Below, piece by piece: positions 35,986 to 45,047 of a DNA stretch of 64,000 nt. Position 1 is the first letter of the stretch; each line of letters begins with the position of its first letter. The DNA lies in assembly GCA_900318995.1 (NCBI GenBank), contig ONMR01000002.1, forward strand, positions 21,373-85,372. Reading direction: 5' to 3'. The translations under genes and the position numbers were made by a program. The stretch comes from an uncultured Prevotellaceae bacterium (lineage in GTDB: Bacteria; Bacteroidota; Bacteroidia; Bacteroidales; Bacteroidaceae). The notes under the pieces were generated by a model. It did not search any database. It saw only the letters and a program-made list of their open reading frames with translations, and was not told the origin of the DNA.

Positions 35986-37113
35986 ATGAAAAAGATATTC
36001 ATTATCACGTTGTCCGCAATATTATGCGCAGGTGTAACAGCCCAGAATGAAAAGAAAGGGTACGTATTCACAACAGTTGATTCGCTGGGCATCACATCCG
36101 TAAAGGACCAGGCCAATTCAGGCACCTGCTGGTCATTCTCATCGATAGGTTTCTTTGAGTCAGAGCTGCTCCGTCTGGGCAAGGGCGAGCATGACCTGGC
36201 CGAGATGTTTGTGGTACACAAGACCATGGAGGACCGCGCCAAGGCTGCCGTACGTCTGCACGGAGACATCGAGTTCGCACAGGGCGGAAGTTTCTATGAT
36301 GTAGTATATTGCTGGAAAAATTACGGAATGGTACCGCAGGAGGTTATGCCCGGCATCATGTACAAGAGTGACCGCATCAACCACACAGAACTGACAGCTG
36401 TGGCCAAGGCGTATGTAGACGCACTGGCCAAAGGCAATCTCAAGAAACTGAGTGATGTCTGGCAGAAAGGTTTCTCCGGAATATACGATGCCTATATCGG
36501 CGAATGCCCTGAGAAATTCACTTACAACGGCAAGGAGTACACCCCTCAGTCATACGCTGAATCTCTTGGACTGAACATGGACGATTACGTGTCTTTGACA
36601 TCATATACACATCATCCTTTCTATGAGCAGTTTGTCATTGAGATTCAGGACAACTGGCGCTGGGGGCTCTCATACAACCTGCCGCTTGACGAGTTCATGG
36701 CCGTGATGCACAACGCCATCAAGACCGGTTACACGTTTGCATGGGGTGCCGATGTATCCGAGACCGGATTCCTGCGTTCCAAGCCCGCTGTATGCGTGAT
36801 CCCGTCCGAGGAGGATAAGGAGAACAAAATTCTGCGCGAGCCCGGAGAGGAGATGACAATAACCCAGGAGATGCGACAGGAGGCATATGACAACTGGGAG
36901 ACCACCGACGACCACGGCATGCAGATATTCGGCATAGCCAAGGACCAGAACGGCAAGGAGTATTTCATGGTCAAGAACTCATGGAACACCACCGCCGGCA
37001 ACAACGGCATATGGTACGCCAGCGATGCTTACGTGGCTTACAAGACCATGAACATCCTGGTTCACAAGGATGCCCTGCCCAAGGACATAAAGAAGAAACT
37101 GGGCATAAAGTAA
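35986..37113 (+). CDS. pepC: C1-family cysteine aminopeptidase (aminopeptidase C / bleomycin hydrolase-like) with signal peptide
   Basis: 'QANSGTCWSFS' contains the catalytic Cys. I place the start at ATG 35986 ('MKKIFIITLSAILCAGVTAQ'). Confidence 0.85.
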   Translation: MKKIFIITLSAILCAGVTAQNEKKGYVFTTVDSLGITSVKDQANSGTCWSFSSIGFFESELLRLGKGEHDLAEMFVVHKTMEDRAKAAVRLHGDIEFAQGGSFYDVVYCWKNYGMVPQEVMPGIMYKSDRINHTELTAVAKAYVDALAKGNLKKLSDVWQKGFSGIYDAYIGECPEKFTYNGKEYTPQSYAESLGLNMDDYVSLTSYTHHPFYEQFVIEIQDNWRWGLSYNLPLDEFMAVMHNAIKTGYTFAWGADVSETGFLRSKPAVCVIPSEEDKENKILREPGEEMTITQEMRQEAYDNWETTDDHGMQIFGIAKDQNGKEYFMVKNSWNTTAGNNGIWYASDAYVAYKTMNILVHKDALPKDIKKKLGIK

Positions 37114-37146
37114 GCATCCGTTTTACTTACAAGCACAATATTACAG

Positions 37147-37181
37147 GCAGGAGCGTTGAGTAAATGCTCCTGCTTTTTTTT
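37147..37181 (+). terminator. Rho-independent terminator after pepC
   Basis: GCAGGAGC-N11-GCTCCTGC followed by T9. Confidence 0.85.
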
Positions 37182-37245
37182 GTTTATAAAATAAAATACT
37201 AACTAATAACTATTAGTTTCACTTGACAAACAAAAGCGGTTTTTA

Positions 37246-37253
37246 TAAATTTG
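37246..37253 (+). promoter_or_regulatory. -7 promoter box (TAAATTTG) for the recJ-recQ block
   Basis: Perfect TAnnTTTG, 111 nt upstream of ATG 37364. Confidence 0.45.
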
Positions 37254-37363
37254 CAGTTTGGAACAAACCGGTCTTGTGCCCGGAATCGGCAAAAACGCGA
37301 TCCCAAAAGGCACAGAGCCACATAACTCACTCAATATGAATAAAGTAAAAAATAACATAAAAA

Positions 37364-39097
37364 ATGAACTTCAGATGGAACTATGTGCCCCCCACCCCGG
37401 AGATGACAGAGGCAGCCAATGAATTGTCAAAGGCTGTCGGGATCAGTCCCGTACTCTGCCGGCTTCTGATTGAGAGAGGCATTACGAACAAGACCGAAGT
37501 ACAGAAATTCTTTAACCCGCAACTGAACGAGCTGTTAGACCCCTGGCTCATGGACGACATGGACAAGGCGGTAGCACGTATCAACAGCGCCATTGAGCGC
37601 GGCGAGCGCATTCTGGTTTACGGTGATTATGACGTTGACGGCACCACAGCCGTAGCGTTGGTCTATAATTTCCTCAAAAGGGATTATGACAACCTTGACT
37701 ACTACATTCCCGACCGCTATAACGAGGGTTACGGAGTGTCAGAGCAGGGTGTGGATTATGCCTTTGAGACGGGCGTAAAGCTTGTCATTGTGCTGGATTG
37801 CGGCATCAAGGCAATCCAGGAGATAGCCTATGCCAAACAGAAAGGCATAGACTTCATTGTGTGTGACCACCACGTTCCAGATGACGAACTGCCTCCTGCA
37901 GTAGCCATACTGAACGCCAAACGTTTTGACTCCACCTACCCATTCAAACATCTTTCGGGATGCGGTGTGGGTTTCAAGCTGATGCAGGCATATGCGCTTG
38001 ACAACGGCATTCCGTTCAGCGAACTACTGCCCAGCCTGGACCTGGTGGCCGTGAGTACCGCATCGGACATAGTGCCCATAATGGGCGAGAACCGTGTGCT
38101 TACACATTACGGCCTGGAACAGCTCAACAGCAACCCCTGCACAGGGCTCAAGGCCATAATACAGGTTTGTAAGCTGTCCGACAAGAATCTGAACATCAAT
38201 GATATAGTGTTCAAGATAGGACCGCGTCTGAATGCCGCCGGACGTATGAGCAGCGGCAAGAAAGCCGTAGACCTTATGGTGGAGAAGGACTTTAACCGCG
38301 CCCTTGAACTTGCCGAGCGAATAGACCAGGAGAACGATGACCGCAAGAAGGATGACAAGGAGATGACCGAGGAGGCCAACAACATTGTCACCAACCTTGA
38401 GGACGGCGAGAACCGCCACGCGATTGTGCTCTACAACGCCGAGTGGAAACGCGGCGTGATAGGTATTGTGGCTTCACGCCTTACCGAGGTGTTCTACAAG
38501 CCGGCTGTGGTACTTACCAAGACCGGAAACCTGGCTACGGGATCGGCCCGATCAGTATCGGGATTTGATGTCTATAAGGCCATTGAGAGCTGCAAGGACC
38601 TGCTGGAGAACTTTGGCGGACACACCTATGCTGCCGGCCTGTCACTCAAGGTTGAGAATGTGGAGGAGTTCAAGCGCCGCTTTGAGGAATACGTATCAAC
38701 CCATATAGAGCCCGATCAGATTGAGGCCTCTATAGATATCAATGCCGATTTGGACTTTAAGGATATCACACCCAAGTTTTTCCGTGACCTCAAGAAGTTC
38801 CAGCCGTTCGGACCGGATAACAGCAAGCCCATTTTCCGCACCCGCAATGTCTATGACTACGGCACCAGCAAAGTAGTCGGACGCGGTCACGAGCATATCA
38901 AGCTGGAACTGATCGACAGCAAGAGCGGACATCCGCTTAACGGCATCGCATTCGGCCAGAGTTCATACGTGAGCTATATCAAGACCAAAAAGTCTTTTGA
39001 TATCTGCTATACCATCGAGGAAAACAACTTCAAGCAGGGTGAGGTTCTGCTCCAGATAGAGAGTATCAAGCCCAATATGCCTGAACAAAAAGCCTGA
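37364..39097 (+). CDS. recJ: Single-stranded-DNA-specific exonuclease RecJ
   Basis: DHH motifs 'VYGDYDVDGTT', 'LDCG' and 'VCDHH', followed by a DHHA1 region. Confidence 0.95.
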   Translation: MNFRWNYVPPTPEMTEAANELSKAVGISPVLCRLLIERGITNKTEVQKFFNPQLNELLDPWLMDDMDKAVARINSAIERGERILVYGDYDVDGTTAVALVYNFLKRDYDNLDYYIPDRYNEGYGVSEQGVDYAFETGVKLVIVLDCGIKAIQEIAYAKQKGIDFIVCDHHVPDDELPPAVAILNAKRFDSTYPFKHLSGCGVGFKLMQAYALDNGIPFSELLPSLDLVAVSTASDIVPIMGENRVLTHYGLEQLNSNPCTGLKAIIQVCKLSDKNLNINDIVFKIGPRLNAAGRMSSGKKAVDLMVEKDFNRALELAERIDQENDDRKKDDKEMTEEANNIVTNLEDGENRHAIVLYNAEWKRGVIGIVASRLTEVFYKPAVVLTKTGNLATGSARSVSGFDVYKAIESCKDLLENFGGHTYAAGLSLKVENVEEFKRRFEEYVSTHIEPDQIEASIDINADLDFKDITPKFFRDLKKFQPFGPDNSKPIFRTRNVYDYGTSKVVGRGHEHIKLELIDSKSGHPLNGIAFGQSSYVSYIKTKKSFDICYTIEENNFKQGEVLLQIESIKPNMPEQKA

Positions 39098-39106
39098 CAG
39101 GCCGAT

Positions 39107-41002
39107 ATGACCTACCTGGAGATACTTAAACAGCACTGGGGTTACGACAGTTTCCGAGGCATACAGGAACAGATTATCGGGAGTATCGGCAGCGGCCGGG
39201 ACACTCTGGGTCTGATGCCCACCGGAGGCGGCAAGAGTATCACATTCCAGGTGCCTGCATTGGCAAAAGAGGGAGTCTGCATAGTGATCACCCCGCTCAT
39301 TGCGCTCATGAAAGATCAGGTGCGCATACTGCGTGACCACGGCATCAAGGCAGCATGCATCCATTCAGGCATGAAAAGGGATGAAATAATCGCCGTGATG
39401 GAGAACTGTATTTTCGGCGGTTACAAATTCCTTTACGTATCCCCCGAACGTCTGTCATCCGAACTGTTCAGGACAAAACTGCGCCACCTTAAGGTATCCA
39501 TCCTGACCGTCGATGAATCGCACTGCATTTCCCAGTGGGGCTATGATTTCCGTCCTTCATACCTTACAATAGCCGACATAAGGAAAGACCTTCCGGATGT
39601 ACCGGTTCTGGCTCTGACAGCGACAGCTACGCCGAAAGTAACCGATGACATACAGGAAAAGCTCGGATTCAAGGAGAAGAATGTGATCCGCATGAGTTTT
39701 TTCCGTTCCAATCTCTCCTATGTAGTCCGTAAGACGGAGAACAAGCTCCAGGAACTCAAGCACATACTTGACAGGGCACCTGGATCCGGAATAGTATATG
39801 TCCGGAACCGCGCCGAGACTAAAGAGGTTGCCGATTTCCTCAATGCCCAAGGTATACCTGCCACATTCTATCACGCCGGGCTGGATCATGTAGTCAAGGA
39901 TGAACGGCAGAAAGCATGGACCGATGACCGATACCGTATAGTGGTGGCAACCAACGCATTCGGAATGGGCATAGACAAGCCGGATGTCCGCACCGTAATA
40001 CATATGGATATCCCCAGCTCTATCGAAGCCTACTTTCAGGAGGCTGGCCGGGCCGGCCGTGACGGAAAACGTTCCTACGCGGTACTGCTGCACTCACCGG
40101 GCGACAAACGCTCCGTGAGCAAGCGCATAACCGACTCTTTTCCAAAAGAGGAATTCATCCGTAACATATATGAGAAATTGGGATTCTATTACGAGATGGC
40201 CGTCGGCGACGGTCAGGGTTGCACATATCCATTCTCGCTTGGAGAATTCTGCCAACATTTTTCACTTCCGGTAATACCCACTGACAGCGCACTGCGTATA
40301 CTTACCAGAATGGGCTACATAGAGTATGTCGATGAGATGGATTACTCAGCACGCCTGCTTTTTACAGCAAGTCGCGATGACCTGTACCGTCTGCATCAGG
40401 ACAAGGTCACAGAAGATGTCATGAGTATCGTACTACGCCTTTACAGCGGGATATTCACCGATTACGCCTACATAGACGAGCAACTGATATGCTCCCGTGC
40501 CGGCATCGACAAACAAGTTCTCTATACCACCTTCATGAATCTTCAGAGCCAGGGTGTAGTCAGATATGTTCCCGAAAGGCGTACTCCAGTAATAACCTGG
40601 ACCAAAGACCGTATCGATACCGATATGCTCTATTTTAACCCGGAGGTTTACCGTCTGCGAATGGAAGAGTTCAAAGAGAGAATCGGGGCCATGATGGAGT
40701 ATGTGACGCGTACCACCGGATGTCGAAGTGCCATGTTGCTCAAGTATTTCGGAGAGCATCAGGACAAGCCATGCATGTGCTGTGACCTGTGTCAGGAAAA
40801 GGTTAACGGCGAACTTAGCCGCGGTGAACGAGATGCCATACTGAATGACATACTGGACACATTCCACTCATCACCCGATGACCCGCGCCAGGTATACTCT
40901 CTGCCGTATGACAAAAACAAGATTGATTTAGTTCTGCATTATATGGTCAATGAAGGTCATTTAATGATGAAGAACGGAAAAATATTCACCCGAGATGATT
41001 GA
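39107..41002 (+). CDS. recQ: ATP-dependent DNA helicase RecQ
   Basis: 'PTGGGKS', 'VDESHCISQWGYDFRPSY', 'VATNAFGMGIDK' and 'QEAGRAGRDG'. Confidence 0.95.
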   Translation: MTYLEILKQHWGYDSFRGIQEQIIGSIGSGRDTLGLMPTGGGKSITFQVPALAKEGVCIVITPLIALMKDQVRILRDHGIKAACIHSGMKRDEIIAVMENCIFGGYKFLYVSPERLSSELFRTKLRHLKVSILTVDESHCISQWGYDFRPSYLTIADIRKDLPDVPVLALTATATPKVTDDIQEKLGFKEKNVIRMSFFRSNLSYVVRKTENKLQELKHILDRAPGSGIVYVRNRAETKEVADFLNAQGIPATFYHAGLDHVVKDERQKAWTDDRYRIVVATNAFGMGIDKPDVRTVIHMDIPSSIEAYFQEAGRAGRDGKRSYAVLLHSPGDKRSVSKRITDSFPKEEFIRNIYEKLGFYYEMAVGDGQGCTYPFSLGEFCQHFSLPVIPTDSALRILTRMGYIEYVDEMDYSARLLFTASRDDLYRLHQDKVTEDVMSIVLRLYSGIFTDYAYIDEQLICSRAGIDKQVLYTTFMNLQSQGVVRYVPERRTPVITWTKDRIDTDMLYFNPEVYRLRMEEFKERIGAMMEYVTRTTGCRSAMLLKYFGEHQDKPCMCCDLCQEKVNGELSRGERDAILNDILDTFHSSPDDPRQVYSLPYDKNKIDLVLHYMVNEGHLMMKNGKIFTRDD

Positions 41003-42080
41003 TATTGAAAAGATAAATCTGCCAGCATCCATTACAGGGGGTTGCTCTGTCATAGCCGGGCCATGCAGTGCCGAATCAGAACGGCAGACACTTGAATGTG
41101 CCCGCAGCCTGTCGGCTCTCGGAGTCAGGGTTTTCCGTGCAGGAGTATGGAAACCCCGTACCCGTCCCGGCAATTTCGAGGGAGCCGGAGAGCCTGCTCT
41201 TGAATGGTTGGGTAAAGTCAAGGCGGAGACAGGAATGATGGTTGCTACCGAGGTGGCCGGTGCCCGTCATGTGGAAGCAGCTCTAAAAGCAGGAATAGAT
41301 ATCCTGTGGATTGGTGCACGTACCACGACAAGTCCGATAACCGTTCAGGAAATCTCGGAAGCCCTGCGTGGAACTGACGTACCGGTCTTGGTCAAGAATC
41401 CGATAAATGCCGAACTTGAGTTGTGGATAGGTGCTTTTGAGCGTCTTGCAGCAGCCGGTGTCACACGCATCGCAGCTATTCACCGCGGTTTCAGTTCTTA
41501 CGGAGAACGCATCTACCGCTATTCCCCCCAATGGCAGATACCCATAGAGTTGCGCCGCCGCATTCCCGGATTGCCGATAATATGTGACCCAAGCCATATG
41601 GCAGGCCGTCGCGACCTGGTTCCGCACTTGGCACAGATGGCACTCGACATGAAAGCCGACGGACTGTTCATTGAAGTACATACCGACCCTGACCATGCCC
41701 TGAGTGACAGCAGACAGCAGCTTTCTCCTGCACAGTTCTCACAACTCATCGGTCAGTTGGAATATCGCAGCAATCCAACCCCTGAAGACATCAGATTCAT
41801 GTCCCCTTATCGTGAGGAGTTGGAGAATATTGACCTGAAGATCATCAGGGATCTTGCCGAAAGGTTCGGTGTGACTCGCGGCATAGGCGAATACAAGAAT
41901 CTGCATAATCTGTCAATCCTTCAGCCGGAACGCTATAACGCAATTTCTGAAAGGCTTGTCAGTGAAGGCAAAAGGTACGGGCTCAATGAGAGTTTCATAC
42001 GATTGCTTTTTGAAACCATTCACGCCGAAAGTATAAGATGTCAGATTGAAAACAACAATAACCAACAACCAGTAATATGA
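40995..42080 (+). CDS. Bifunctional 3-deoxy-7-phosphoheptulonate (DAHP) synthase / chorismate mutase type II
   Basis: A type I-beta DAHPS core ('VIAGPCSAES', 'RAGVWKPRT', 'ICDPSH') with a C-terminal CM_2-like segment ('IDLKIIRDLAERF'). Confidence 0.85.
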   Translation: MIDIEKINLPASITGGCSVIAGPCSAESERQTLECARSLSALGVRVFRAGVWKPRTRPGNFEGAGEPALEWLGKVKAETGMMVATEVAGARHVEAALKAGIDILWIGARTTTSPITVQEISEALRGTDVPVLVKNPINAELELWIGAFERLAAAGVTRIAAIHRGFSSYGERIYRYSPQWQIPIELRRRIPGLPIICDPSHMAGRRDLVPHLAQMALDMKADGLFIEVHTDPDHALSDSRQQLSPAQFSQLIGQLEYRSNPTPEDIRFMSPYREELENIDLKIIRDLAERFGVTRGIGEYKNLHNLSILQPERYNAISERLVSEGKRYGLNESFIRLLFETIHAESIRCQIENNNNQQPVI

Positions 42081-42730
42081 AAAAGAAAACATTGTTTCTG
42101 TTATCAGTCATAGCACTGACACTCTCCGCCTGCAATAGCGAACCGATAAGAGTTGCCTGCGTAGGCGACAGCATCACATATGGTCACGGCATCAAGGACC
42201 GTGAGCATGACACCTATCCCGGCCTGCTAAGCGCCATGCTGGGCGAAAAGTATGATGTTCGTAATTTTGGCGTAAGCGGCACCACCACAATGATGGACAC
42301 CGATATGCCTTACATGAACGAGCAGGCGTACAAGGATGCCCTGGCCTTCAATCCCCAGATAGTTACCATCAAGCTGGGAACCAATGACAGCAAGCCTTAC
42401 AATTGGAAAGAGCAGGAACACTTCAAGAAAGACCTCAAGACACTGATTGAGTCATTCCGCGCCCTGCCTGCCAAGCCCGAGATATGGCTCTGTCTGCCGG
42501 TTCCCGCATACGGTCATGCCTGGAGCATTAACGACAGTATCATCTATAACGGAGTCATTCCCTACATCAAAGAGGTAGCTCACGAGGAGAACATTACTCT
42601 TGTTGACCTCAACACCCCCATGCAGGGCAAGCGTCAGTATTTCCCCGACACCATCCATCCCAATGAGGAGGGACAGAAACTGCTGGCGCAGCTAATTTTT
42701 GACGCAGTGTTTACCAAGAAAAAGAAATAA
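42077..42730 (+). CDS. SGNH/GDSL hydrolase family lipoprotein
   Basis: Lipobox 'LTLSAC', block I 'CVGDSITYG', and block V 'DTIHPN'. Confidence 0.8.
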   Translation: MKKKTLFLLSVIALTLSACNSEPIRVACVGDSITYGHGIKDREHDTYPGLLSAMLGEKYDVRNFGVSGTTTMMDTDMPYMNEQAYKDALAFNPQIVTIKLGTNDSKPYNWKEQEHFKKDLKTLIESFRALPAKPEIWLCLPVPAYGHAWSINDSIIYNGVIPYIKEVAHEENITLVDLNTPMQGKRQYFPDTIHPNEEGQKLLAQLIFDAVFTKKKK

Positions 42731-42755
42731 CCAATAGAACCTTTATATAAAAAAC

Positions 42756-43682
42756 ATGGATTCAATTCTTAAGATCGAGCACGTGTCCAAGACATATACC
42801 GGACACAAGGCTCTTGACGATGTATCGATGGAGGTCCCTCGCGGCTCCATCTACGGTTTGCTCGGCCCCAACGGAGCCGGTAAGACCACGCTCATACGTG
42901 TGGTCAATCATATGACTATTCCCGACTGCGGTAAAGTCTGGTTTGAAGGCCATGAGATAACAGCCGATGACATATACCAGATTGGCTATATGCCCGAGGA
43001 ACGTGGCCTGTACAAGAAGATGAAAGTGGGCGAACAGGCCGTCTTCTTTGCCCGTATGCGCGGCATGAGCCGTATGCAGGCCACCCGCAAGCTCAAGGAG
43101 TGGTTTGAGCGCCTGGGACTCAGCGAGTGGTGGGACAAAAAGGTGGAGGACCTGTCAAAAGGTATGGCGCAGAAGGTCCAGTTCATTGCCACCGTGGTTC
43201 ATGAGCCTAAACTGCTCATATTCGACGAGCCTTTCTCAGGCTTTGACCCCATCAACCAGAACCTGCTCAAGGAGGAGATTCTGGGTCTGCGTGACCGCGG
43301 TGCCACAGTGATATTCTCAACCCACAACATGGAATCGGTCGAGGAGATCTGCGATGACATAACACTCATCAACAAATCCCATAACATCCTTTCAGGATCG
43401 GTCGAGGAGATACGCCGCAAGGCAGGCGGTAACACTTTCCAGGTGCTTTACAACGGAACTCCGGAGCAGTTCAGCGCTGCAATAGACGGCAAGGCCGACC
43501 TGATAGGGGGCTCCGAGGGAGTTATAGGAGGCTACACGCAGCAAAAGATCCACATCCCGTCCGACGACGATGTGCGTGCGGTCATCGGCACACTCAATGA
43601 AAGCGTTAACCTGCGCTCTTTCCAGGAGATCATTCCAAGTATGAACGATATATTCATCCGTGCCGTGAACGGTACACTTTAA
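42756..43682 (+). CDS. ABC transporter ATP-binding protein (NatA-like)
   Basis: 'GPNGAGKTT', 'LSKGMAQK' and 'LLIFDEP'. Confidence 0.9.
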   Translation: MDSILKIEHVSKTYTGHKALDDVSMEVPRGSIYGLLGPNGAGKTTLIRVVNHMTIPDCGKVWFEGHEITADDIYQIGYMPEERGLYKKMKVGEQAVFFARMRGMSRMQATRKLKEWFERLGLSEWWDKKVEDLSKGMAQKVQFIATVVHEPKLLIFDEPFSGFDPINQNLLKEEILGLRDRGATVIFSTHNMESVEEICDDITLINKSHNILSGSVEEIRRKAGGNTFQVLYNGTPEQFSAAIDGKADLIGGSEGVIGGYTQQKIHIPSDDDVRAVIGTLNESVNLRSFQEIIPSMNDIFIRAVNGTL

Positions 43683-43694
43683 ACAGCAAAAACT

Positions 43695-45008
43695 ATGAAT
43701 AAGATAGGTCTTATAGTAGAACGCGAATTTACTGAGCGCGTCCGCAAAAAATCATTCATCATCAGTACACTGCTTACACCGCTGTTAATGATTGCCATGA
43801 TGGTCCTGCCCAGTGTCATGATGCTCAAGGGCAACTCGGACACCAAGAACGTGGTGGTTATCGACAACTCTCCCGAGCAGTTTGTAGGCAAACAGCTCAC
43901 ATCCGGCAAGACGGTATCATTCAACCTTCTGGCTCCGGGCGAGACTCTGGGCAAGGCACGTATGCAGCATAAGTCAGAATACGGAATACTGGTTATTGGA
44001 AGCGACATCCTTGACAATCCCCAGAACCTCCAGCTGGTGCTCAATGACGCATCATCAATGAGCGTCGAGGAGAATATCCAGAGTCAGATTCAGGGAATTT
44101 TGCGCACAGAGCGTCTAAAACGTTACAACCTGGAGAACATGGACCAGATACTGGCCGATGCCAATGTCCGCGTAAACAGCCTGCAGACACTTAAGAACAA
44201 CGAGCAGGAGGATGATGAGAATATGGAGAAGACATCCACCACCGCATCGTGGCTGATGGGCCTTATCCTGGGTATGCTGCTCTACTTTATCCTGATTGTT
44301 TACGGACAGCAGGTCCTGCAGTCAGTAATTGACGAGAAGCAGACCCGCGTGCTTGACGTCATGGTTACATCATGCACCCCGTTCGAGCTCATGATGGGTA
44401 AAATTCTGGGTATTGCCGTAGTTGCCGCCCTCCAGATTGTTATCTGGGCAGTGCTCATAATCGGCGCAAGTGCATTCGTGATGCCTCTGATTATGGGAGG
44501 TAACAACGTCGAGGCCGCACTGGCTGCCGCTCAGAACGTTCCCGATCCCGAGGTCTTGAGCATGGTAGGCAAGTTTACTGACGTATCATATCTGGCTGGC
44601 CTGTTCCTGGAATTGCTGCTCTATATCGTAGGCGGATTCCTGTTCTACGCATCCATGTACGCAGCCATCGGATCGGCTGTTGACACTCCTCAGGACGCAG
44701 CCCAGTTCAACGGAATAATCATGATGCCGGTTATCATTTCCATCATGGTCATGATGAGCGTTATGAACGACCCCAACTCGAACTTGGTATTCTGGTGCTC
44801 CATGATACCTTTCACATCACCCATTGTGATGATGGCCCGCATACCATTCGGAATTCCCACATGGCAGGTTGCAGTATCACTTGTGGTACTCTACATCTCA
44901 TTCATCCTGATGACATGGGTCGCCGCCCGCATATTCCGCGTAGGCGTATTCATGCACGGCAAGAAACCCAGCTGGAAGGACCTGGGTGCATGGATAAAAA
45001 TGAAATGA
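43695..45008 (+). CDS. ABC-2 type transporter permease (NatB-like)
   Basis: 437 aa with one N-terminal TM, a large loop, then 5 TM segments, which is typical ABC-2 topology. It is adjacent to the ATPase gene. Confidence 0.8.
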   Translation: MNKIGLIVEREFTERVRKKSFIISTLLTPLLMIAMMVLPSVMMLKGNSDTKNVVVIDNSPEQFVGKQLTSGKTVSFNLLAPGETLGKARMQHKSEYGILVIGSDILDNPQNLQLVLNDASSMSVEENIQSQIQGILRTERLKRYNLENMDQILADANVRVNSLQTLKNNEQEDDENMEKTSTTASWLMGLILGMLLYFILIVYGQQVLQSVIDEKQTRVLDVMVTSCTPFELMMGKILGIAVVAALQIVIWAVLIIGASAFVMPLIMGGNNVEAALAAAQNVPDPEVLSMVGKFTDVSYLAGLFLELLLYIVGGFLFYASMYAAIGSAVDTPQDAAQFNGIIMMPVIISIMVMMSVMNDPNSNLVFWCSMIPFTSPIVMMARIPFGIPTWQVAVSLVVLYISFILMTWVAARIFRVGVFMHGKKPSWKDLGAWIKMK

Positions 45009-45030
45009 CGGTCTCCCGTCATTTCATTAC
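44996..45030. terminator. Bidirectional hairpin between convergent genes (12-bp perfect stem)
   Basis: ATGAAATGACGG-TCTC-CCGTCATTTCAT. The A-run on the left gives a T-run for the minus-strand antiporter transcript. Confidence 0.7.
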
Positions 45031-45047
45031 TTTGGCGTTGGCTTTGG

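Noticed and set aside
37336-37422. 28-codon upstream ORF overlapping the recJ start in another frame
   Set aside because: It has no SD or other support, its sequence is A-rich, and it is likely fortuitous within the 110-nt leader.
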